A stretch of 64,000 bases of DNA, from positions 127,860-191,859 of the forward strand of contig NMRA01000596.1 in assembly GCA_002633005.1 (NCBI GenBank), in the 5' to 3' direction. This document shows, piece after piece, positions 54,035 through 64,000 of this stretch (position 1 is its first letter; each line of letters starts with the position of its first letter). The position numbers were made by a program, and so were the translations under genes. Source of the stretch: Phoronis australis (taxonomy: Eukaryota; Animalia; Phoronida). The notes beneath the pieces are model-generated. The model was not told the origin of the DNA. It searched no databases and saw nothing but the letters and a program-made list of their open reading frames with translations.

Positions 54035-54156
54035 ATGACTGCCAGGTGGCACCGTGATAGCTTCCCAACACTTGTTGCCTTGTTGGGGGCGGTGTTATTA
54101 CCATTTGTCAACGGAAAGATCCAGTGTATGGACCATGCTGGCAAGCCTGTGGATTG
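54035..54156 (+). CDS. DNASE2: DNase II copy 2, coding exon 1 (signal peptide)
   Basis: caaaATG; MTARWHRDSFPTLVALLGAVLLPFVNGKIQCMDHAGKPVD(W)|gtaag; same length (122 nt) and phase as copy 1 exon 1. Confidence 0.92.
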
Positions 54157-54359
54157 GTAAGTGAAATAAATTTGAAACAAAATGTATAACGATTCCATAA
54201 ATCTATTTAAGAATGGTCGATGACAAATTGAGAACAGTCCTATGAAGGAAATTCTTCACGGTAACAGACCACCATAAAGACCTTTGTGGAATTTTTGGGT
54301 TCACTGCGGGGCTCATGACTTCGAGACTTCAACTATTTCTTGAGTTGGGACAGCGCCCT

Positions 54360-54585
54360 CTGTCCTGTCTGTTCGACAACTGCGTCTGTTTGGCAAGACT
54401 AACATGCTCATTCGACGACTAACCTGTCGTCTGTTTGATAGAAGTAATCTGTTCGTTCAATGCGAGTAACCTGCCTGTTCGGCACAAATAACTTGTTCGT
54501 TCGCTAAATAACCTGTTTAACCAAATAATTTGTCTGTTTGTCAATATTTGTACCAAGTAACCAGTCTGCTCGAAAATTAACTTCA
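54360..54585. repeat. Degenerate ~21-23 bp tandem array
   Basis: Recurrent taacctgtctgttcg-like units. Confidence 0.55.
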
Positions 54586-56439
54586 CTTGTTTATTTGGCG
54601 GTGTTGTCTATTTTGAACCTTTTCGCTGCCATACACCGGGTCCTAAATGTATGACTAAATATATCTACTTAAAGTCCTTCTCTCACGCGTAGTTAACCCT
54701 TATTACATGGTTAGAAGATGTTATAAGGATCCAAGAAGTACCTACCCCATAACTAATACACGATCCGTACTCGAAAAAAGTTTAAATGAACGCGCCACTC
54801 ACGATTCGCACCCGAAGAACCACCGGCATTTTGAACTTGCCGCGAACCCGGAAGTACAATTCATTCAGGCACCCAGGCCGAGAAAACGCCGTCAGTGCGA
54901 GTGGAGCAGTGCCTGTACTGTTACCAGCCAGCAAACGGGATAAAATAATCGACAGCGCGCCTTAATTTTGATCAAATCAAACTACGGACAATTTTATCGA
55001 ATTTGCTGAAGAAATGTGGCGAATAAATTTTGACAGAAATTATTTTGTCAGACTCGGGGCCGCATCGGACCGGGTGTGGATCGAAACCAGACACTGGCGA
55101 ACGGTAAATGCATGCGGTTGCAAGCTGTTTTGTCGAAGTAAAATGGTCAAATCATAAATGCTGCATATATTCAAGGGTAGTTTCAGACACTTCCATGAAA
55201 TTACGGGCTGGTTAGTCCTGTGTCACACTGCCGCGGCAGACCTTAGTTAGCCTCAGTCACCAGCTACCAGTGAAGACTATCGTCAAAATACAGCTTGTTA
55301 GTAGGCCTATACAGCTTTACGCCAAGGCTACCCTTAGGCCTAACTGGTCGCTGGCCACAAACACAAAAAAAACACGAAAATTGATCAAAGTTTTTTTTTT
55401 GTAGCAACGTTTGTCAAAATGTATCAACGTTAAATCTTCACAAATTACTAAGTAGCCGATTGAACATGCCTTTCAGTTCAGCAAAAGTCGACATTGTCGG
55501 TGCCGCCAGACATGAGTCCAACGGGAATTGTGAGCCCATTTATCACTTAATGAGTAACAACTGCGAGGCTGAAATTTGGTGAACACTGCTAAATCGTGCA
55601 GAATAGTAAGTAAAGATATGTCTAACTAAATTTCACCGTAATTTGTTGGCGAAAACAATTTACACGAAGTTTTAAACTCGTAACTCATCCCGCTGTCCTC
55701 CAATATGGCCGACGCGATCCAAACAAAGTGACCCAAATTTCGCCACAAAACTTGCAATAACTTTACAGTGCTTGCCCCGATTTTGATACTTTTTCGATTT
55801 TTAATGAGTAGAATGTATTACCTTTCCGATGATAGCAAAGTACTTTTTCAAAACGAGGAAAAAATAAAACCGAAAAAAATTGGTTCGACCCATATTGGTT
55901 CCTAGGTTCGACCCGCCTACATGTATACGTAAGGAACTAAACACCAATGCTATTTTAACATACTAAGTACGCGTAACATTCCAAAAAAATCAACGACCAC
56001 TAACTACAAACTATAAATACACTACATATGCAAACGAATCACGATATATTACTAATAAAACAAAATAATGAAGACTTTTCGAGCAAGCCATAGCACATTC
56101 AGTTACAAGGAAAAAATGGCGGCGTTCAGGACAAGTTCCTGAACTGATGAGCCGGAAATGTGGGTACGGAAATAACCGATGACAACCGGTAATCATACGC
56201 TCAAAGAGAGGGGTCAAATACTGTTAAAAAATCGCTTTTGGCAAGAAAGGCGAAAAGAATATAAAGAAAGGGTGTCCAAAATAAGAATTTATGTAGTAAG
56301 TATTTTCGGATACTGGAACCACATGGGCAGTTTGAGAGAAGGACTTTAACTGTAAGCCAATGAGCAAAACTCGATTGTACGATATACATGTAACAAATGT
56401 CTAACGGTGTCGATTAGAATTCATAGATATTCTGAAAGT

Positions 56440-59000
56440 GCGCTGTCACCAAGAGGCACAGTTTATGGTTGGCCAGAAGTCGCACACTCTAATATGCGGG
56501 TCTTGACCTTAACGGCAGAGAACATGTCATCCTTTCCAAAGAAGTTCTAACACTCGTACTAACGGCCACAAGTTTCTGGAGTTGCCTCTTCCAGGACAAG
56601 GATCACATCATTAACTTTCCATTCTTAGATATATTCTATGTCTGTCTTGTCTTCAGTGCAGGTAGACACTTTGCAGTCCACCTATACTTTGAAACTCCGG
56701 TCCTCGCAGCCGTCTGCATTCATTCAGTAAATTGCCATCGGATGAACCCTCAGGACGCTTTATCAGCAGGATTCAGTCGTGATTTTACACAGCGCAAGTG
56801 TGATGGTGTCGACGCATCGAGAATAGCAAAACAGGGTGCGTGCCTATAAGTATGATAACGCTTGTCGTTACTTCTGTTACTCTGTAGCATTGATTCTCAT
56901 ATTGGCACTTCAAGCTTCTGTCGAATGATGCTAACAAGTTTTACAGACACTGTCGCAAAGTACTGCCAACTCTAATCTAGAGATGCCCATGAAGTTAAAG
57001 GGAGCAAGACGTGACTTGGGTAATTTTAGGCAACACTTGACCTTCCCATAACTTTCCAACAATCTAATGTGGGATACAGCTTTTCATACTACCTGAGAAG
57101 TACATGTAGAGAAGTAGAAGATACAAGACCCCGCTATCTTCTCTGATTACAACGGCTTCACACGTCCAGCTGTCATGAGATCTTGCATTACCGGAATCCA
57201 CTTCTCGAAGTCAGACATGTATCCGTAACATCAATCGGTAATTTCCGAATCCAACCAAGTTTAAGCTGATTCCACTCCTGAGGGTTTATCTTGTCTGCTA
57301 GGGAATATGGTCTTGCAACGTCCGATGGATCATATAGTGAATTAACGTTGCGCAATTACCCAGTTCTTGTCAAAGGTTTGCCCTTTGGCATAATCTTAAA
57401 ACAGAAGCTGGCTGACTATGTTTCTCAGTGTACACCAAGGGATCGTTGAACATGAAGAGTCTCGTAGTTAAGGTCTTTTTTACTTCTTCATGTAAGCACG
57501 CCAACATATCTCGATTACTGCTGATCCATTTGGCCAACATACATGTAAGTTCACACTTACCCGTTTAGCAGGCTTTGAAAAGAGTTTTCAAATTTCCATC
57601 CAAACTTTGATTCCTATTGAGGCTACTTTTTCCAGAGAGTTGGATAGGAAACTCGCTTCTAGAATCTGTTGATGGACCAAAACCGGTTTGGGTATCCTTT
57701 AATATATACATTACGTCGGCAATCTCTCAATCTCCCTCACCAGTGTTGCCTGAGAATTGATTTCGGGTATGTGACCTGTCGCACGTTAACTATCTTGGCA
57801 ATAGACGGAACCGATAAATCGCGTCGCCTAGTAGATGGTCACCACCAACACAGCAGTAGTCACTCACGCAGGTGTCAAACGATAGACTAATACTGCAGGT
57901 GGTCAGAGAAATCGTGAAACCCATCTTCGTCATTGGGTCGTAATGATGCTCTTCCGGTGACTCTTTTTATCTGAGCTTCGACTATGTCGTAACTGCTACC
58001 AAATTGCTTTCTCAGTTTGAGCATGCTGTTGGAGTTGCTCCACAGCTAGCAACAATATAACAGCACCTTAGCTTGAGCCCTTGCACACTAAAAGTGTATC
58101 ATCCATTTAGAACTCACAACTCTCTGGTCAAATGATCGGGTAAAAACCAATGGCGGCGAAGAGTTCCACCAAGGGTTAATAGGTCCACCTTATACAACTG
58201 CATCTTGCTGCTGCTATTTGTCCAAGGACATCATCAAAAGCAAGTCTCGGCTAATGGTTCTACAGTTCCCGTCGCTTTCTTTAGCGACCATAGAGCAGTT
58301 GCCCGTTGGTTTCCCATTCCTCTGTAAAAGGATTCGGTTAAGACAAATGGAATGGGCTGCACTCTATATCTGCTGCTTCTGTCATAGCGAAAACAGGATG
58401 TTTATCTGGTTGGTTGACCTAATCCTCAGCAAAAGGATTGAGACTGGATGGGTGAATGGAGATTCTACAGACACCTGGTGCTTTCGGGCACACCTCAGTC
58501 TCTACACCATGAACCCATCAGAAAGGAGTAAATTGCCTTTCACTGTTGAGTAATGCGCTATACGGAGCAGAGACTTACTGCAAAACTTGATTGTGAACTA
58601 TGTAACTCTCGTGTTCAGCCAAGCACTCCCCGTGAGGAGAATGCCTCTTGCATCAAGTACCTATTAGTGGTGGATGGCACATGCATCAGGTCACTCTCCA
58701 GTACTACATTCGTCCATATTGCATCTTCTGCTGCAGCTCTACAAATTACAGTCTCCATGTGCATCTCTTCTTCGCCGAGCCGATGCTTGGCTTTCTGGGA
58801 TCATGCTTCAGCTGGGAGCATCACCTTTTTAGCCTGTCGATGTAGCTTTGAAACTGGTGGAAGAGCCAGTCCTCCAGTCACTGGTGGCCTTTGGCGATGT
58901 TGCTGACAGTCTTTACGCTATCTAGGTAGATGGTTATATCTACGTGTATGTTATTGTCGCACCAATCCTCAATGTATATAACTCCTATAGTAAGGGCCAA
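56440..59000 (-). mobile_element. Heavily decayed BEL/Pao LTR retrotransposon pol remnant
   Basis: Minus strand ~56460-56620 reads (frameshifted) VNDVILVLEEATP.NLWPLVRVLELL.GKD....VKVKT...LCLL, like the post-integrase C-terminal motif of BEL/Pao; PSDVAR (NPAD..SR-like) at ~57310-57330. Boundaries approximate. Confidence 0.65.
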
Positions 59001-59707
59001 CTCGACTCCGTCAAAGCGTAACATTTGGAATACACTGAATTCACTTGCTCTACATAGCTCACGCTCAGTGTGACCACTCAGAACAATGCTGTAATAAAAT
59101 ACTTCATGAAGCATCTCTACGCTGACATTTGGGGATTTGTGACCCCAGTGCCTAGGAGAGGCTAAGTCCGACTACGACAAACCCATCCTAATGGATCCAC
59201 AAATTTTAATTAAAATGCTGAAGAAAATCTATTCGATAATAATATACAGCATAATGCATAGATTTTTAAAATTTCAAAGACAGCTACTTCTATTTTTTCA
59301 ACATTAAAAAACAGTCGTATTTCGTGTTTTTCGTTTTTTAACTTTGAAACTCACAATCAAAACAGGCGCGTTGGTTTACGACCGCAATTACATGTATCCT
59401 ATCCAAAACATGTTCAAACAAACCCATGAGTAGCAACAAGCTGGTTTAAATCCATGCCGCCGCCATCAAGCCTCTGATGTGCCGTGGAATGCTGTAGATG
59501 CACAGTGGTAAACAGTGCACACTTTCTCGTTTAGTTGCGTGCACATCCTGTTAGAGTAAGATTTACATAACGTGTACTCACAACTTTTTACCGTCAAAAT
59601 TTCACAGTGTCGCAAAACTTTGTACGACATGTACACACTTTCAAGCAGACTACCATGTTGAATCAGCAAATGAAGCAAAACAACTCGTTAGTTCCCAAAT
59701 ATTTTTA

Positions 59708-59860
59708 AGTCTTGTCTGCAGGCCACCTATTGGCCACATCATGTGACCTAATGAACAGTCCGAAAAGATTCCTGCCCCCGACCGGTAATCGAAACCCGGA
59801 CTTTCTGCTATGCTCATTATGTCACGTGATGTGGCCAATAGGTGGCGGGCAGACCAGACT
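59708..59860. mobile_element. MITE with ~46-bp TIRs and TA flanks
   Basis: TA|AGTCTTGTCTGCAGGCCACCTATTGGCCACATCATGTGAC...GTCACGTGATGTGGCCAATAGGTGGCGGGCAGACCAGACT|TA. Confidence 0.8.
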
Positions 59861-60359
59861 TATGTTTCCACGCGGGTTTAAGATTTAAATATAAATGTGT
59901 TATTTCAAAAATTAAATGTTTGCATGAGAAATTTCCATAATTTTTCAATGTTTTGATTGGTTCAAAGCGATGGGGGTAAGGTGATAAAATTTCTTGGTTT
60001 GTTCCAAGATTGAACTCCTCAACTCACTCGTGACTAGTCGACGCCACGGCCTAATTTTAACCTGTCATCTAGTGTGACGAAAAAGAATTGAACGTGCTGT
60101 TATCGAATGGAACTAGTCGAGCTGTATTGATGCAAAATACATCGTGTTTGGTGGGATGCTCAGCCAAAGCAATACCTGGTTCTCTTTTCAGCAGGGCTAC
60201 CCAGGCATTATCAGTTATGAGTTTGCTTGTTTAGGTATCACAATCATTTGACTAGCATAAAAACTTTTGTCCGGCTGGTGACTAGCCAAAACTATATTTA
60301 GCCCCATTGCAAACTTTGACCACAGCCTTCTGCCATACAAATCACATGCATTGTTAATT

Positions 60360-61895
60360 CTTTATTTTTATAAGAATTTATTAGCATTTATAAAACAGTG
60401 CAAAAACAAACAAACAAACAAATAAGTACATCCATTCATTCACGAATGCACACCTCAGGAAAGAGCATTCTCGTATCTCGATTAAAGTAAATAACTTTTA
60501 CATGTAGTAAACGTGAACAACGAAATTTTCCCCTTTCGCAGAGAAGCTGTCATATACAAAGTTTTTGTATGCAATTAATTTTCCAGCATTGTATTACTCA
60601 TGAGTATATGTAATAAACCTGTGAAAATAAGGTATATTTTTGTGACATCCCTCCTTGTAAATGTACTGTTTGGCTATTATAAGCAAAATGTTAAAAAGAA
60701 AATCATGCGTCTCGTAAAGTCCAAGAATAATTCGATCGTAAGAGAGACTGTTGGGAAGCTGAATGCGTCACTTTTGCATTAGCTGTCCGAATTCCTTCCA
60801 GAAATCTTGTACAATGCCACATTCCCAAAAAAGGTGTGACAGCGTCTCTGGAGCTTTATTACAAAAGGAACATAAATTAGAATCCCTAACACCGATTTTG
60901 ACTAAAAAGGTATTTGTTGCAATAATCCTGTGTAGTATTCTAAATAAGAACCATCTAATGTTAGGATCCTTTGTAATTTCATAAGGCACTGCGTATATTT
61001 TCTTCCAATCTAAACTATCCCCTAACTCTATTTCCCATTTACACTCTGAATTAGAAGGTTTCTTAACGTCATTAGAGACTGAACAAATATGTCTACAACC
61101 CTCCAAATCTTTCTGTAAGTAAGTGATTGCTAAAGGCATGCAAGGAGCGTAGACATTAACACTTTTAAATTAACTTTGAGATAGACTTTTGTGAAACCTT
61201 CTTAGAACGGAAACAACACCATTATATACTACAAAGTTGGTTTTTACATCGAACTTATTTTTCATATGGTTCAAACTAACGAAACCACCATCAGAGGTAT
61301 ACTCTAATACATCTTAAGCCTTTTACAAATCAAGGCTTATAAAAAACACTTGTGCATCCGATCGCCAAGTTACTATTAAACCACAAATGTTGACTCAAAA
61401 AGTTCTTCTTACTTGCAACAATTATTTTTTGTAGAAAATGTCATACTTCCAAATACTTCGCGCCAGTAGGAATTACCAATTAGAGCTAATATCGTCTTAA
61501 TAAAGTCATCTTCAAATGAAGCAAAATTCTTTAAGAACGGGTAGAGTGAGTACAGTAATTCACCACTTTTAGACGCAGGGCTTTTAAGATATCTACGGGC
61601 CATAGCGAGTTTTAAAGCTTTACTGAAAGTATGCATATTAATCATTAGAAGTCCCCCTTGATCAAGTCCTAAACAGGCCGTGGTTCGTTTAATTTTATCA
61701 TTACGAGCCTGCCATACAAATCTAAAAAATGTCGTATTCAGTTCATCCAAGACTTTTACTGGTGGATTTGGTAAATTTGACAACAAAAAATTAATTTAGA
61801 AATGGCTAATGTTTTAATTACCGTTACCAAACGGCGTTAAATTTCGTCTACACCAACTTTTTAATAAAAGTTTAATCTCAGTTATTCTTGCAATT
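60360..61895 (-). mobile_element. 5'-truncated Tx1/L1-clade LINE fragment in intron 1 of DNase II copy 2
   Basis: LPNPP..VLDELN..FFRFVW..RNDKIKR......GGL and zf-RVT-like F.FRILHRIIATN.FL.KIG...CSFC....ETL.HLFWEC..V..FW; A-rich 3' end near 60360. Confidence 0.88.
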
Positions 61896-62094
61896 CCACT
61901 CAGTCTGCGATTGTTAAGTCGTGCGTCACCTCCACATCCTTTTCTTCGTCACGTTGATAGATCTTCCCAAGTAGCCAGCAAACCTACTCGAGGTGATCGA
62001 AATTACTTAATGTTCTACTTTCTTGTGTGCACAATTTGTCTGCAGCGGTCAACTTGGCACAAGCTATCACGACAATCGTTTGTCTTATTTGTAG

Positions 62095-62278
62095 GTTCAT
62101 CGTCTACAAGCTACCTGGGTTGAAACATAGTCCCAACCCTCTGATCCAAAGTGGGCTTGGCTTCTTCTATATGGATGTCAATCATCCTGTGTGGGAGTTA
62201 TCTCCCGTCTCCTTGAACGCCAACGGCCATGCTTTGTACTACACGCTGCAACAGGTGTATGATAACGTCAATTCTCAG
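62095..62278 (+). CDS. DNASE2: DNase II copy 2, coding exon 2 (remaining exons presumably beyond the window)
   Basis: atttgtag|(W)FIVYKLPGLKHSPNPLIQSGLGFFYMDVNHPVWELSPVSLNANGHALYYTLQQVYDNVNSQ|gtttg; 184 nt as in copy 1, open frame. Confidence 0.92.
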
Positions 62279-62303
62279 GTTTGTTAATTGCACGATGTAT
62301 ACN

Positions 62304-62440
62304 TCTATATGGATGTCAATCATCCTGTGTGGGAGTTATCTCCCGTCTCCTTGAACGCCAACGGCCATGCTTTGTACTACACGCTGCAACAGGTGTATGA
62401 TAACGTCAATTCTCAGGTTTGTTAATTGCACGATGTATAC
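62304..62440. repeat. Exact duplicate of 62166-62302 across an N (assembly overlap)
   Basis: 137-bp identical repeat immediately after the N at 62303; lacks the exon acceptor. Confidence 0.9.
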
Positions 62441-64000
62441 GCTAATGCGTGTTCTCACAACTTTGCGTATATTGTTTTGGAATGGTCCATAGTTTCAAAT
62501 TAAAGCCACAAGAATAGCTCTACATGTATCTCGACTGAAACTCAATGAAAGTGCCGTCGCTGAATATTATTTCGTCTTCTGTTTTTAATAACAATTTGTT
62601 AGAAACAAAAACAATTTAGGTGGGCAACATGGTTGTTCATTGCCGAGTTGCACGATAGTGTAACACAACTTTAGGTTAAGACCTATCCATAAAACCATGC
62701 GAACCGACACTGGATCTTGATAATGGAAAATACACGTATGCGTGGGGATATTGGGCCCTGGGAACATGAGCCGGGGGAAGGGGGGCATAGGGTCGGTCGG
62801 GGAACATCGTGACGGGAAAGCACGGGGCCGGAGTGACATTTGGTACGTAGAAATATAGGGTAAGGGGAACATCGGGAAGGGGGAACATAAACTTGAAGGT
62901 TGAAGGAACGTCTGTAAGAGGAAACATGTGACAAGGAGAACTTAGGGACTTTGAAACACCTGGCCAAACATCGTTCAACGAGAAACTATCGATATAAAAC
63001 TAAGCTGCATGTAACTAAATAGAGCCGTCCCAGATTGCACAGCGATACTTGAATCTCGCTCTACTAACCACAGTGCCGCAGTAGCAGTCAAACAGCTTTG
63101 TAGTTAGGCGTGTTCTGTTCTTTGTTGTTGTCCCGGCCTTATTAATTACTGTATTCCGCCGTCCAATGCTAAGGAAGTATTACTACCGTGCTGTGGGCTG
63201 CCGACTCTGGCGTACACCCTGAATACCCGCGGATGCGTGATGTTAAGATCTTCGCCTCCCCGACATGAGTCAAACAAGAAAATGACGTAACGAGTGGATA
63301 AAGCGAGTTTGTCGGCTTAGTTTTTAGCTGAACAGAATTCCCTGGAAGCTTGCGTTCAATTCCGGTTGGAATTGGGGAAAATGGCACGGCCGACTTCGGG
63401 TTTCCGACATGACCCATATCCTAACACTGGGTCAATAAGGACAACGTACTTTCTTACTACTGGGACGTAGAGTACGGGGAGTTTCATACCTGTGTAATAC
63501 GGCGCGGCACTATTGTAGGTGGCCTACTTGCAATAAGACCATCCCTGATTAGACGGCGACAGAACTTACCTTTGCCCAGGAGATAAGAAAGTGCTTGCCC
63601 TCGTTTTGGATATAAGGCACATTTTCGTGTCTTTCGTTGATGTCAAGAAGTCTACGAATTTAATTCACGCATACATGGGTATTAGTCTAGACGCATTTCT
63701 GGAAAATGTGCATGTTAGAGGCATTTTTTAGTAAAAGTGGAGAACCTATCTTTTTAGCATAATTATGGTATGCTGATTTCGATTACAAGCTGGATTTTGA
63801 GTTTTTTACCATCTAATTTGCATAAACAAAATGGCCGCCAAACCAACAGGATAAGAAACATTCGTAAGACCAGGAGTACAATATGTGACGAATAATTAGG
63901 AAATTTTTGCTTCAAAAACATAATGTAAGTGTGTTTAGATCACTCAAATTTAAGAGCATATTAATGAACGTCATTAAATTCCCCAATTATGCTAATTAGC

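Noticed and set aside
54668-55940. Possible additional TTAA-flanked DNA element in DNase II copy 2 intron 1
   Set aside because: Looks repeat-like, but I could not identify matching termini or a TSD by eye.
59756-59815. Functional tRNA gene
   Set aside because: Only a B-box/T-arm-like part is present; no A box, D arm or complete cloverleaf.
62304-62440. Tandem duplication of DNase II exon 2 (alternative exon)
   Set aside because: Identical 137-bp copy starting right at an N and lacking the acceptor; typical contig-overlap artefact.
62740-62960. Pro-rich ORFs 62585-62978
   Set aside because: They derive from a degenerate G-rich gggaacat sub-repeat typical of non-coding repeat interiors; overlapping frames are open and no splice context is evident.

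Overview
Eukaryotic (animal, probably marine invertebrate) genomic DNA, about 60% AT, intron-rich and dense in transposons; no prokaryotic operons, rRNA or CRISPR. Three host genes can be assembled by hand from splice sites and reading phase. (1) A complete 6-exon minus-strand gene (22729->4449, 408 aa) for a secreted signal peptide-PAN/Apple-FN3-Caspr/Neurexin-IV-type fibrinogen-like protein. (2) A complete 8-coding-exon minus-strand DNase II (plancitoxin-like) gene (42913->30057, 356 aa, one GC-AG intron). (3) The first two coding exons of a second DNase II paralogue on the plus strand (54035 onward), head-to-head with the first. The rest is mobile DNA: six non-autonomous Kolobok-type elements of two families (TTAA TSD, THAP and KolX-like remnants, one nested in its own family), a 2.18-kb non-autonomous Polinton/Maverick-like element (AGTAGT termini, ~305-bp TIRs, 6-bp TSD), a solo LTR with 5-bp TSD, decayed BEL/Pao, CR1-, RTE-X/L2- and Tx1/L1-like fragments, and MITEs. 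The palindrome TACATGTA is strongly over-represented, and paired repeat copies show it arises as TA->TACATGTA insertions, the classic Tc1-type excision footprint. Single Ns at 14058, 30256, 47491 and 62303 mark contig joins; two are flanked by probably artefactual duplications. All counts and alignments were done by eye.
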